Shown here: piece after piece, positions 26,540 to 40,031 of the stretch
Position numbering within the stretch: position 1 is the first letter of the stretch
How the letters are laid out: every line of letters begins with the position of its first letter
Assembly (NCBI RefSeq): GCF_036971445.1
Contig: NC_091470.1
Coordinates: 251,906,001-251,970,000 of the forward strand
Direction: 5' to 3'
Source of the DNA: Narcine bancroftii
Taxonomy: Eukaryota
DNA: 64,000 bases
Translations under genes and position numbers: made by a program
The notes under the pieces: generated by a model
Database searches by the model: none
Seen by the model: the letters and a program-made list of their open reading frames with translations, nothing else
Told to the model about the DNA's origin: nothing

Positions 26540-27405
26540 AAACAGTGCCTACTAGAATCCCTGAAAAGGCTGAGGACCCTGTGATATCTGTCTCTGAGAG
26601 TGACATCAGAACATGATTCAAGAGGGTGAACAAAGCGTCAGACCGACAGCATACCTGGCAGGGTACTGAAAATCTGCACTAACCAACTAGCTGGAATGTT
26701 CACGGACATTTTCAACCTCTCATTGTGTAGAGGTTCCCACCTGATTCAAAATGGCATCAATCATCCTGGTCCCCAAGAAGAGTAGTGTGAGCTGTCTCAA
26801 CAACTACAGCCAAGAGGTACTAACTTCTGCTATGATGAAATGCTTTGAGAGGCTGGCCATGGCCAGAATTAATATGTACCTAAGCAAAGATCTGGACCCA
26901 CTGCAATTCACCCATCATCACAATCGCTCCACAGCAGATGCAACATTGCGAGCTCTCCACTCAGCTTTCGATCACCTCGAAAACAGCAATTCATACGGCT
27001 GCTCTTCATCGACTACAGCTTGGCTTTCATTATTCCCTCCGTGCTGGTTAAGAAACCACAAACTCGAGGCCTCTGAGAGACTCCATCAAGGACATGTACA
27101 TGAGGCAGTGTCTTAAAAAAAAAGCAGCCTCTATCCCCAAGGACCTCCACCATCCAGGCCATGCCCTCTTCTCTCTGCTACCATTGGGACAAAGGTACGA
27201 GCCTAAAGATGAGCACTCAGTTAGAAGGACAGCTTCTTCCCCGCTGCCATCAGATTCCTGAATAATCAATGAACCAAAGACACTTACTATTCGTGCAGTA
27301 TTATTTTAATTTTTTTTTACAGTAATGTTGTAAGATGGCTCTATAATGCTGCTACAAAACACCGAATTTCATGTCTTGTTCATGACAGTAAAATTCTGAT
27401 TCTGA
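26540..27405 (+). mobile_element. Rex1/Babar-like non-LTR element with an internal deletion
   Basis: ASIILVPKKSSVSCLNNY..LTSAMMKCFERL..DLDPLQF, then a jump at about 27070 to the 3' end (KDLHHPGHALFSLLP); (ATTCTG)n tail. Same family as 15030-16210. Confidence 0.8.
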
Positions 27406-29327
27406 TTAGCTGCAAAGCAGTAAAACCAGGGAACACAAACTTGTGTCAGGTCTGCCCTCCACTGGCATTAGTGCCTTAAAACAGAAACAAAATGTCAAGA
27501 CAATAATGAAAAATAGTTCAGATTTGGTAAAGAAATGCCAGCAGTTCTGCATATCACAAATGATACTCAACTTTGGGATTGACATGTGACACCTTATTCC
27601 ACTTCTTGCAGAAGGGGTAACTTGGACATTTTGCCCTTTATTTACAGTCTGAACACTCTGAAACAATTTATTATGTTTGCTGCTCCTCTAACGTCAATGG
27701 AAGGAGACTAACATATGAGGCAATATGATATTTTAAATTTGTTTGGAGTTGCATTTTTTGATTACAAACATTTTCACTGATTTGAATAATTTCTTTTTGA
27801 ATCTTTCTGAATGCCAGCCAGTTAAGTCAGAAGTAATTGCACAGCTGATCAAAGTTTACTGCCAACTTTTTTTTTAAAGGGTAAAATTAATTCTGCCACT
27901 GTTTGATCGTATTATGGCAGAGGAGACACTGGTCATGCCATGAAAGATCCAACCAGTTTCACCCTTAAGACCCTTTTCAGGACTGCAAACATCTTACCTC
28001 AAAACCTGAACCATATTTCTTCTAAAGTAAACCAGAACACGTTATGCACTCGCAAGTTTAGGTGGCAATTGGGAGGGAAAGGTGTATATGGAACACAGAA
28101 ATAAGCCCTCAGTACCCATCTAAAAAAAAATCCCATTTACAAGCACTTGGTTCATAACCTTCTATGTCTCAGTGATAAATTTCTCATCCAGAAATTTAAA
28201 AGTTAAACATTATCACATGATACAGCATCACAAATACACTTGTTTTTATGAAAAGGTTGTTCCTCCCTTACAAATATTTTCCTTTGGAAAATCCTAAATA
28301 ATTTATTTGTCACCTTGAATGGCACATTGTAGCAATTTCAATCATATTAGTCAACAATAACTGGGAAGCAGCAATTTTATTATTCACCTAAAAATAATTA
28401 AGATGATATTCAAACAACTGAAAAGTCTTAAGATATATTGTTTCTTCTGCCAGTAAAACCCATAAACGTGTTAGCAAAGACACAAAGAAATTCCTTATCG
28501 TTCATACTGTTAGGCTGACGTAATCTTGAAGATCAACAAATCATATTTCTCCTGCACAGCCTTAAATTCAATGGCAAGAACATTGATTTTTCTAATTTTA
28601 GGTAACCCTTCACCCCATCTGATTGCACGGTTTCCATTTCTTCTTTACCTATTTTTTCTCCAACTTTTCTTTCCTCACCTCCTTTACTAATGGTTTCTGC
28701 CTCTACCCATTTCTCTTCAGACCTATACTCTTATCACCTCTTGGATCCTTTTTCAACTTCTTTCCCCCTTACATTTATAATTTCACCTACTCTATCTTAG
28801 TCTTGATAAAGGGTCCAGACCTGAAACGTGGACTGATCATTTCTACCCACGGATGCTACCTGATCCAGTGAGTTCTTCCAACAATTCTTTGTCTGCTTGA
28901 TTCCAGCCTCTGCAGCTTTTGCACTTCTTTGTTGTTGCACTACCTGCTGTACTTGGGCATGGGTTTATCTACCTGGACAGCATACAAAACAAAGCTTCTT
29001 GCTTGCATTTTGGTGCACATGATAATAAATAATTCAAGTTAAACTTTGTATTTGATGTGCATTTTTAAAACTCCAACAGCATGGGCATAGACTAGACTCT
29101 TACACGAGTGCAAGGCTGATGGAATCAGCTAGCTTCTGAAAATTTTATAAATTGCATTTTAATCAGAAACTGGACAAGTGGAGCACCAGACATGGAGATG
29201 TTTGATGTCAACAATAAGTTACAGAACTTGCTTGGTTCAATTAATAAAATTATAAATCTCATAAAAAATGTTCTAAGAGTTGTTTCTAATTTGTATCATG
29301 CCAATCTTGAACTGTAATTTTACATAC

Positions 29328-29431
29328 CGGAAGAAAAACATAACAGTGCATGGATCGTACAACTCGTACATCTTGTTGAAGTCTGGTACCTCGGTGATAT
29401 CCACAAGATAAATAACAGCAAAATTTTTCAC
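29328..29431 (-). CDS. txnl4a: Thioredoxin-like protein 4A, second coding exon
   Basis: Acceptor TTTTTTTAG at 29432. Translates VKNFAVIYLVDITEVPDFNKMYELYDPCTVMFFF(R); donor CG|GTATGT; 104 nt; phases join correctly with both neighbouring exons. Confidence 0.98.
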
Positions 29432-30133
29432 CTAAAAAAAGAACACTGGTTACAGATTTTATATTGTATGAAATAAATCAAGTGAATATGACAAACCATG
29501 TAAAGTAAATTGCATATTTATCAAGAACCCAAAAGACATTTCAAATCATTGGAGCTTACTAAAAAGTGATTTAATAACTTAAACACTTGGCACTATAGCC
29601 AACATATAATTGTTTTACATGATTTTTCTTACATTATGCAATACTGAAAGTCAGATTTGTAAGTGATAGTTTGAAGCTGATACTGTATTAACAAAAGCAG
29701 AGTGTAGTGAAAACACAAAAATGCTGGAGGAACTCAACAGGTCACACAGCGTCCATAGAAGGTAAAGATATATAACCAATGTTTCAGGCCTGAGCCCTTC
29801 TTCAAAGTAGTGGGTGTACAGGTGATGACATCTGAATGGAAGCCTTAATGATCAGGGCTTCAAACTAGAAAGCACCAAATGGAGCCTAGGATATTTTTCT
29901 GAAGGATTGAGGAAAAAAAAGGAGGGAGTTGTAAAATTTGATTGTCCATGACCTCAACAAGTCAATGGAAAAAAAAATCAGTCAAGTTGTTTCTAGCTGT
30001 TCATCACAAGATCAGGAAAAATAGACTGATTCATTTATATGGCATGAAGAAAGTTAATTCAAAAGAGAAATTTTCAAATTGCTCTTTTTTAAAAAGTTGT
30101 GAACAGTATTCTTTGAAAAACACTACAATTTAC

Positions 30134-33100
30134 AATTGGGCCAACACTCAGGGCAGCAAATGCAACCAGGAGCCAGCAGACCACGCCCCAGCAAGCGAAC
30201 CGGCGGTCATATGGCTAAGGCAGCATAAGGGCCAGCATTCCCCACATGGCACTGGGCCCCACTGCACAGCCAACAGCTGGGGGATTGCACAGTGGGAAGA
30301 AGGTAATGTAATGCAAGAATGTTTGCGTGTGGGAAATCTGCTATTGTTATGTGGGCAGCGACATCAGTTGATGGAATGCCAACAGTATAAAAGCCAGGCT
30401 TCAGCCCCAATAAAGCAGAGAGCTATACCTCACTACACCCATGTGTGTCCTTCTTCGAGTAGTGCGCGGCTATAATTGAAGCCCCCAATGGTTTAGACAG
30501 CATCTAAACCCAACGATGAGTGAGCTGGTAGCAGTCCACACAGTTGTCCTGAGGCTGCTGACCTTCTGGACGAATTAGCCCCACGTCTGGTTTGACCAGG
30601 CTGAGGCACAGTTTCAGATCCGGCAGATTACAGTGGAGTCCACCTGGTACTACCTCGTGCTGAGTGCCCTGGACCGGGACACAGCGAGCCTGATAGCCAA
30701 TTTCATCCAGGAACCACAGGGAAGGCTCCTACACTGCCTTTAAAAAGCTGCTTATCGAGACTTTCGGGCTCTCAAGGAGAGAGAAAGGGGCGCGTTTGCT
30801 CCACATAGATGGGCTGGGGGACAGGCCCCCATCGACCCTGATGAATGATATGTTTGCCCTAATTGGGAAGCATGCACCTTGCATAATGTTTGACCAGGTA
30901 ATCTTAGAGTAATTACCTGAAATCATCCAACTGCTCCTGGCAGATGCCGACTTAAGTAACCCCGTAAAGTCACAGCATGAGCAGACATCTTGTGGAACCA
31001 AAAGAGAGAGTGCTCGGCATCGGTAGGGTTCATTGCCAAACTGCAGAGGGAGCAGCAATCCCACAAGGGAGGTGAGCCTAATTACCAGTGGTGCTTCTAC
31101 CACCAGTGATAGGGCTCTGGAACCTGCCGATGCCAACCACCATGCACGTAACAGGGCCAGCTGGCTGTCCAACAAGATAGCCTCCTGTACATGAGGGACC
31201 ATCAATCAGGGCAGTGGTTCTTTGTGAACACAGCAGCGGAGGTCAACGTCTGCCCCCGTTGGACAGGAAACCAGAAACAAGCAAGTGGGCCCCACGTTCA
31301 GATCTGCTAACAACAGCACCATCAGGTCCTATGGCACATGCAAGGTCCAAATGAAGTTAGGAGACAGCCTCTTCTTGTGGGTGTCCACGTTGGCAGCAGT
31401 GGAACAACTGCCCCTCGGGGCAGATTTCCTGTGTGCCCACAGTCTACTGGTGGACCAGAAAGGCCGGAAACTCGTCCATTCAAGGACGTTCCAGACTCCC
31501 AGACCCCCAACTGGACTCGGTGCAGCATTCCACAGATGAGTATGCCAAGATCTTAATGGAATTCCCGACAGTGCTTACCGCCCAGTTCACCTCAGAGATG
31601 CCCAAACACGGAGTGTGACATTACATCCTGACCCAGGGCTCACCGCTCCACGCAAGAGCCAGATGACTGCCCCGGAGAAACTCAAACTAGCTAAGAAGGA
31701 GTTCAAAAAGCTGGAAGAACTGGGCCTAGTGTGGTGGTCAGGCAGTCCATGGGCTTCTCCCCTGCAACATGGTGCCCAAAGCCACTAGGAGTTGGAGACC
31801 CTGCAGCAAGGCCACTACGTCGGATGGCTACCCCATGGCGCACATGCAGCACTTTCTCTAAAGTGGACCTCTTGCAGGGATACCATTAGATCCCTGTTAA
31901 CCCTGACGACATCCCCAAGACCGGCTTGTTGGAATTCTTACGCATGCTGTTCGGGCTGAAGAATGCCATGCAAACCTTCCAGATGGATGCGGTGGGCCAA
32001 GACCTGGACGGCACTTTCATCTACCTCGACAACATCCTGGTGGCGAGCAAATACCATCAAGAACACTTGGTGCACCTCCGTAACCTCTACACCTGGCTGA
32101 GTGAGTTTGGACGGACGATCAACTCAGCCAAATGCCAGTTCGGTTTGGAGACCATTATCTTCCTAGGCCAGAGGATAACCAAAGGGTCACACCACTACCC
32201 AGCAAGGTGGAAGCCATCCAGAAGTTTTCTAGGCCCAGCATGACCAAGGGTCTGCAGGAGTTTATGGGGATATTCAATTTTTATAAGATTCATCACCTCA
32301 GTGGCTAGAATCATGCGGCCCTTATTTGCCCGGATGACGGACAAAGCAAGGACATAACCTGGGACACAGAGTTGGCAGAGGCCTTCGTAAAGGTCAAGGA
32401 AGCACCAGTGGGCACTGCTCTTTTGGCACACGCAGGGCAAACGCTCCAGCAGTCCTGACAGTGGACGCCTCAGGAACAGCGATTGGTGGAGTTCTGAAGC
32501 AGATCAGAGAGAGCTGGCGGCTGCTGGCTTTCTTCAGTCGGCATCTGTGACCTTCAGAACTGAAATACAGCACTTTCAACAGAGAGCTACTGGCGCTGTA
32601 CTTATCCATTCGCCACTTCTAATACTTACTTGTTCAAGGGCAGGACTTTTACGGCCTCCACCAACCACAAACCCCTGACCTTCGCCCTAGCAAAAATTTC
32701 GGACCTTTGGCCAGCTCGCCAACAGCGTCATCTGTCGTATATCTCCGAGTACACCATGGATGTGCAACACATCTTGGGCAAAGACAACTTGGTGGCAGAT
32801 GCACTGTAGAAGCAGACCATCCACACGTTATCGAAGGGAGTGGATTTTTTGGCACTGGCAAGAAATTTCGGGACTCCAACTCCAGGACATCCCAGTCAGC
32901 TCAGGTATCTCCACCCTCTTGTGAGATGTGGCCACCGGACAAATCAGACCTATCGTCTCTGCGGCTTGGTGACAACAAGTTTTCGATTCCATCCATGGGC
33001 TGGCTCACCTATTCATCAGGACCACAGTCTGGCTGGTGGCCAGCAAGCATGTGTAGCATAGTCTCCAAAAGCAAGTCAGCGGGTGGGTGAAGGCGTGAAC

Positions 33101-34433
33101 GCAGTGACAGACAGCCAACATGCAGCGGCACACCAAGATCCCACCACAGCACTTCAGGTCCACAGAGCGAAGGTTTGACCACGTCCATGTGGACATCGTG
33201 GGACCCCTACCAATATCCCAGGGCTTCCACTACTTCTTCAAAATGGACAACTGTTTCACCAGGTGACCAGAAGCAGTCCCAATGGCAGACACCTCCATGA
33301 CCTCCTGAACCAGAGCCCTCATCTCCTCCTGGGAAGCATGGTTCAGCATACCATCCCATTTCACATCGGACAGAGGGGCCCAATTCACCTCCAGCCTCTG
33401 GTCTGACCTAGTGAGTCTTTGGGGCGCACAGCTACACCACACTACTGCCTATCACCCACAATCAAACAGGCTAGTGGAGCACTTCCACAGACATCTCAAA
33501 TCCACACTCATGGCCAGACTACAAGGACCCAACTGGGTGGATGAGCTACCATATGCACTGTTGGGGATCCGCACTGCACCCAAGAAGGACCTCAACACCT
33601 CTTCTGCTGTACTCGTGTACAGAGATCCACTGGATGTCTCCAAGGAATTTGCACCGTCCCTGGATAACAGAGCAGCACTCCTCCGCAGGCTACAGGAACG
33701 AGTCGACAACCTAGCCCCAACTCCACCGACAAGTGAGGAACCACATACCCAAAGACAGGGAGGATTGTGAATATGTTTTCATCTGCAGGGGCCCACACCG
33801 TCCACCGCTACAGAGGCCATACGAGGGTCCATTCCGAGTCGTATAAAACAACGGCGCCTTGTTCAAATTGGACGTTGGAGTAAAGATGGAGGCCTTCACT
33901 ACAGACAGGTTGAAGCCAGCACAGATGCCCTATCAAGACTTCAGTACCATGCAAGAGAGGCAAACTGTCAAAGACGACAGAGTCTCTGCCTTCGGGCAGC
34001 AAAGACAAAACCACCAGTTCTTTTGGGGGGCGGGAGGGGTCATGTAGTGGCATACTGCCGCGTTAATCAGGCCAGCACTCAGGGCAGCAAGCGCAACGAG
34101 GAGCCAGCAGACCGCACAGCAGCACTGGCCTCAGCGAGCGAACCGGTGGTCGTACAGCTAAGGCAGCATAGGGGCCAGCATCCCCAACATGGTGCTGGCA
34201 TCCACTGCACAGCCAACAGCTAGGGGATAGTGCACAGGGATGAAGGCATTGAAATGCAATAAGGGGGCCCCGCGCCTGGGAAACCCGCTATTGTTATGCG
34301 GGCAGTAAAGTCAGTTGATGGACAAACAGCAGGAACGGCAGAAGTATAAAAGCCAAGCTTCAGCCCCAATAAAACAGAAAGCTATACCTCACTACACCCG
34401 TGTGTGTCTTTCTTCAAGTAGCGTGCAGCTACA
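30134..34433 (+). mobile_element. Decayed Ty3/Gypsy LTR retrotransposon in a txnl4a intron (antisense to the gene)
   Basis: 5' LTR at about 30134-30474 (5'-clipped) and 3' LTR at 34043-34433 (TGTAG...CTACA) after a purine tract. gag (WFDQAEAQFQIRQIT), RT (FGLKNA, YLDNILVAS), RNaseH (VDASGTAIG), integrase (HVHVDIVGP, SDRGAQF, TTAYHPQSN) and GPY/F (RPYEGPFRV). Confidence 0.93.
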
Positions 34434-34835
34434 CATTACTAATTTTTTTCACAAGCAATTTCATAAGACAATTACAAATCAACCAGGTTAGTAGATTTTC
34501 AGCTCCAAGTCAGTCAGAGAGTGGATTTTCTTTATGAAGGATGATTAATATATCAAAGGATTTTTTTTTTAATATACACGCTCATGGCCATCATTATTGA
34601 TAATGAATTTTCATGACCTTGTTTACCTACTTATTTGAATTTAAACCCCACAACTCCCATGGTGTCTCCAGATCAACAGTCCAGGCTTCTGAAAACAAGT
34701 TCAGTAACTTCTCCTGACATTGCTATCCTCAGATTACATGAGAAGGAACCCACAGTTAATGTTTTTTTCTGGTATTTTACTTTAATATTATTGATGTTAA
34801 ATCTTGCCTCATTTCTCGATATTTTCAAAGCTCAC

Positions 34836-34988
34836 CTTTTCAGCTATACTGTACAAAACCTCGTCCATCTTCATGCATGTTGGATCCCAGTCATGACCAA
34901 AACGAATGACTACAACACGATCTTCTTCCGACAAAATGGCCTGGTCGACTTGCCAACCATTGTGGAGATGCGGTAGCATATACGACAT
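34836..34988 (-). CDS. txnl4a: Thioredoxin-like protein 4A, first coding exon
   Basis: ATG at 34988. Translates MSYMLPHLHNGWQVDQAILSEEDRVVVIRFGHDWDPTCMKMDEVLYSIAEK; donor AAG|GTGAGC; 153 nt. The three exons give an intact 142-aa Dim1. Confidence 0.98.
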
Positions 34989-36364
34989 TCTGGTAGAGAT
35001 GAATTAGCTTCCGATACAAAGGAAAGCTTCCAATTATTATTACAAGTAAAGGATACAATTACTCAACTGGAAGGTTCAACCTAAAATCAACTGCTTTCTG
35101 GGACTGAGAGGGGCTTTTGAAAAAAAAGCATAAAAATAGAGATGGCTTAATGTGGCATGTGTTAAAGCATTTAAAGAATGACATCACAACTGTTACAGTA
35201 GTTGAAATAATGAAAATTGCAATTGTAAAAATGAAAATACTGCAGAATATCACCTATCATTTGCTCCCATAACATTCCACCTATGTTACTCCATTTAGTT
35301 AGAATGCACCACTAGAACTTTTAATATTATTCATCCATGGAATGAAAACAGTATATTTTAACTTAAAGGAACACCAACAATTTAAGTGTCCAGCTTTAAA
35401 CAGTAAAAATGTTGATCGCTTAAATTGATGGGCGTGTAGCAAGCATGTTAACCGAGTGAAAGAATGAGGCCAGCAGTTAGTGGGCTTGTTGGAGCTCGTG
35501 AGCTTTATTTTGACTAGTATGCTTCTGCTTTTAAGGCATTTGAAGCTCCTGCCCCTGCTAGCTGGAAACTATGTCTTGATGATGTAAGCGCACTACCTGC
35601 CCCAAGCTTCTACCGGAAAAGGCTGCGTGGTGCCATCTTTGATGCGGCTGCTCCAAATGGCGTGCACTTAACACACAAAGCTGGTTCGCCTGACCATCAG
35701 ATATGTGCATTGCCACAGTCGTATAATAGCAGAAAGGGAATGTCCAGTGGAAGTTACATGCACTCTTTTGACATATTTATTTTCAAACATATAATGCTGA
35801 ATTCACTAGTAAGTATTTGTGGCTTAGTAATATTGTTAACCACACTTTCTGTGCCTTTATTAATGATGGTCATTGGTTAGCAACTGGCTGGCCAATCTAA
35901 GTACAACTCAAACTTAGGGACAACTTTTTTGATACCCTGTTAAAACCAACTCACATGGTTAGGTCCTGTCAGGGTCAGGTCAGCAGATTCTGTTATAAAG
36001 CCATTCAAGAACCATTTCCTATTCTAGATACATGCTCCCAGTTGCAAGATTAATCTGCCCCATCATCCCACAGTATTGAACCTTGGTGAACTTACCTACA
36101 AAGAACCAACTCAGCAAGAACCAAGACAACCAAGAGGACTGATAATATTTTGATTCCTGATGCAACCCAATACCTAAAGTCAGATCCAGATTAACTTGGC
36201 TTGGACAGCCTGATGCACACAGGACATCTTTAAGAAACTAGGTGGAGTAATACTTCAGTCTGGTCTACCCATTGAACAAAAGTGACTGCAGAACCATTCA
36301 AGATCTTCAGTCACTGGGCCAAGAGAAATCAATCACAAAGAAAGACTAATCAGAAACAAGCCCT

Positions 36365-36910
36365 CCCTTTGTGGCCTTTTCTACATCGGAGAGACTGGGC
36401 GCAGATTGAGAGATCGCTTCGCTAAGCACCTTCGCTCCGTCCACTATAGTGACAGACCTCCAAGTAGCCTACCATTTCAGTTCTGCGTCATACTCTCATT
36501 CACACATCTGTCCATGGCATGTACTATGCTAGCCCACCAAGACCACCTGCAAATTGGAGGAATAGCACCTGATTTTTCTGTCTGAGCACTCTCCAACACA
36601 TGGCATTAACATCAACTTTTCCGGTTTCTGCTAACCTGCTCTTCTCTTCCCAGTTCTCCTCCACCTACTCATTCCTCCTTTCTTTGATGACTTCTGTCCC
36701 CTTTTTCCCTCCCTCCCTCCCTCTCCATCCAAAACCTCCTGCCTTTGCGACCACCCCTCCCCTTTACTCATTTTGCTTAGATAGCTGTAAACATTTTTCT
36801 ATACCTTGATGAAGGGATCAAGCCAGAAATGTCTGTTATGTATTTCTACCTTTGATAAATAAAGAACATTGTTTGACCTGCTGAGTTTTTCCAGCATTGT
36901 GTGTTTCTAC
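36365..36910 (+). mobile_element. Penelope-like retroelement 3' fragment (GIY-YIG)
   Basis: CGLFYIGETGRRLRDRFAKHLRSV..HFSS...KLEE.HLIF, followed by the same terminal motif as the other copies (about 28600-28920, 29700-29810, 44090-44330, 53270-53365, 60140-60230). Confidence 0.82.
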
Positions 36911-37389
36911 AAGTTCTTCGGCCCACCAAGCTTGTGTTGACCATAAATCACACGTTACACTTACCACATATTGATATCATCTTTTATCTATCCACATTCT
37001 CATCAACTCACCAACACACTAAAGGTAATTTTAAATGACCAATGAACCCACAAACATGCATGTCTTTGGGAGGAAATTCATGCAGTCACAGGGAGAATAT
37101 GCACACTCCACATAGCACAAGAGTAAGGACTGATCCTGGGTACAATCAGGATTATTGGGAAAATCAGTTGCCACTTTTATTTTAACACTAGCAAATAGGC
37201 TTTTCTTAGAGACAAGACAATGGAGCAGATTCTTCAAAAACAATAGAAATGAAAAATTAAGCACAAATGCTTAGAATTAGCAAACCCCATGCAAATCACA
37301 GAAGAGGAAGAGTCAGGGGAGGGGGTGATGGGTAAGCCGCAGTGATGCTGCAGTGGAGATGTCAGAGCCCAGGGGAGATTGCGATAGAG

Positions 37390-37745
37390 CTGGAGGGGGG
37401 GGGGTAAAAAGAAAGCCTGGGGGGGAGGAGGAGAGAAAGACTGTGGGGGGGGGGGAGAAGAAGGGAAAGCCTGAGGGGGGGGGGAAAAGAAGGGAAAGCC
37501 TGGGGGGGGGGGGAAAGAAGGGAAAGCCTGGGGGGGGGAAGAAGGGAAAGCCTGGGGGGGGGGAAGAAGGGAAAGCCTGGGGGGGGGGGGAAAGAAGGGA
37601 AAGCCTGGGGGGGGGGAAAAGAAGGGAAAGCCTGGGGGGGGGAAGAAGGGAAAGCCTGGGGGGGGGGGAAGAAGGGAAAGCCTGGGGGGGGAAAGAAGGG
37701 AAAGCTTGGGGGGGGGGAAGAAGGGAAAGCCTGGGGGGGTGAGAA
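37390..37745. repeat. G-rich minisatellite, unit about GAAGAAGGGAAAGCCT(G)7-12, about 13 copies
   Basis: Directly visible; G-run lengths vary between copies. Confidence 0.93.
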
Positions 37746-37906
37746 GGGATTGCAGGGGGTGAAGAAGGGATTGCCAGGGGGGTCTTCGGGGGTGGGGGCA
37801 AGGGGAAATCTGGGGGACAGGGAGGGAAAGCCGGGTGAGGTGGGCACGCAAGGTAGAAAAGGACGGGGGGGTGAAAAAGGTGGCGAGAGGCAGGAAGCCC
37901 AAGGGC

Positions 37907-37971
37907 GGGGGTGGGGTGGGGTGGGGTGGGGTGGGGTGGGGTGGGGTGGGGTGGGGTGGGGTGGGGGGGGG
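37907..37971. repeat. (GGGGT)n tract, about 11 copies
   Basis: Directly visible. Confidence 0.95.
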
Positions 37972-38049
37972 AAGAGAGAGGGTGTGAGGGAGTCCGCCCA
38001 GGTAAGGAATTAGGTGCCTAGATCTGAGCACCAATTGCCAAAGGCTCAC

Positions 38050-38130
38050 CTCCGCCGACCGTTCACCAGCCGCATGCGCGGAATCTGCCGCGTAACATCG
38101 CGAGATCTGACAGAGTCTGTGCGAGATTCG
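38050..38130 (-). promoter_or_regulatory. txnl4a: Predicted txnl4a promoter and non-coding first exon
   Basis: CpG cluster, NRF1-like CGCATGCGCG at 38071-38080, TCGCGAGA at 38098-38105, donor GAG|GTGAGC at 38049. A matching acceptor TCTCTACCAG lies 1 nt before the ATG, at 34990. Confidence 0.7.
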
Positions 38131-39359
38131 AGCAGCAGGGTCAACAAGAGAAAGGTGGTGATCAGGTGCTTGGACTTTCTCTCCTTTCGTTGATTACTTT
38201 CGCCCACTTCCAAAGAGTTTATTCCTGGAAAAGCAAAATAATATATATGGAGTAAATATGAGAAAACGTTAAGCACCATCTGTGATCTGTTAACTTTTCC
38301 ACTTTCTGGTCATAGGCAGAGTCAACTTGAAACGTGGGCTCAGTGTTTCAACCTCGAAAGAACCTACATTTTTACTTTGAGATTCAGGCCACTTTTGCAA
38401 GGAAATTTGACTTAAAATTGGATGGTTTAGTGACTTTGCAGAGGAATTGGAGAACACTTCTTTATTTTAACGTGGGAAACATGCTGAGAAGGGCAACATT
38501 TTCAATCAGAGCTATAACCATGATTTAAGATTATTAATCAACTGTTAGGAATAGGGACCAGAGACCTGATTGGGCCAATCACATTCAAAAAGCATTGATG
38601 CAATATTGGCAATTTTCATTTTCTGACATTTTAAAAAAAATTTTATTCAATATATCAACATTCTTGCTCTCTCAAATTAGCTTTTGCCAGTTTATCTGCA
38701 TGAAATTCTTGCAGACTTTTGAATGTTATATTTTTCACATACAATGTCAGCCTCTTGGTGTTCCAGCTACCACCTTCCACCCTCAGAATTGTAGAACTAC
38801 AATATAGGAAGAGGACATTCAGCCAAAGTGCCTGCCTCAGTTAGCTGCAAGGATATATTTTTTTTAGACATACACATTGAATGTTCATTTTAGAGTTGCT
38901 CTTAAATCTGCTTCCGATGCCTTTTCAGGTAACTCATTCGCAACAACCAGTGGACTGAAATCAAAATTTTCTAATTTCATTAGTAATAATGTTGACAAAT
39001 ATATTAATTGTACCATGAATACCACAATAAATGCATTATCATTATGCCATCATCACTACCCATTTCTCACCAGACTATCTCCAGATATGCCAACACTGGT
39101 TCTGATGGATTTCAGTCTCTCATTCCTTCTGCAAGATCCTTGCTCATTCTAAGATTATTTTTCTGTATCAGTAAAAATAAAAACATTCATTTTTTTAAAT
39201 AATTTCCGATAAATTAACTTGAAATATTTAGTGTGACCATTGGATGGCACTGTGAACCAAGAGATGAGGCTGGGTCAATTTGTTCTATGTTTTATAATGA
39301 TAATTAGTTTATTGTTATACACATGAGAACAATGTACATATTCTCCAAAGTTCTTACTT

Positions 39360-39990
39360 TGCTATGGGCCCAGAGAACCCCAAAACCTATCAGCAAAAGA
39401 AATTCACCAAGACAAATTGTCACTTTAACAAAAGTAACTTTTAATTGTCTTTAAACATGAAAACAGGATCAAACTTTAACTTAACCCCATCTAATTCTAA
39501 GTGCACGTGGATGTAATGTTCATATAAGTTCAGAAAAATTATTTGATTCACAGTCCAATCTCCGGTATCAGGCAATTTTTATATTGTGCACAGATGTTAA
39601 CATTTATGAATTTCACCAGATTTTGGTGCTTGAAAGGTAAATGGTTACCACTCAGGAAGATTCTTTTTGGTTTTCAGAGAGAGATTTGTTGCTCGTTGGA
39701 CACGAACTGATTCCTTCCGATCAGCCACTTCAGAGTCTTGCCGAAGAAACTTGCCCCATCAGGGTTTTCCAGATGATAACCTCTTTCTTTCAGGTCACCA
39801 CAGAGTTCCTTTTCTGTTTCCTTTATTTCAAGTGAAATATTATACAGCTAGACATCTCCTCTTGTATGGACCACAAGAGCTTTGACCAGATTAAACTAAG
39901 AACTCACAACCAGTCTTCAAAATGGTTTTTTCCACAAGCTTGCCAGCTTGTCCTGTTCCAGTCCCAGCTGCTGCTGCTGAACTGTAGAAC

Positions 39991-40031
<41 letters not shown>

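Noticed and set aside
29942-30475. 177-aa ORF (and the 167-aa ORF at 52647-53150)
   Set aside because: They run through a Gypsy LTR and Penelope debris respectively, start at non-ATG codons and show no protein motifs.
37234-38049. Long Pro-rich and Gly-rich ORFs (271, 162, 161 and 129 aa)
   Set aside because: They are open in several frames on both strands only because the G-rich repeat lacks stop codons.
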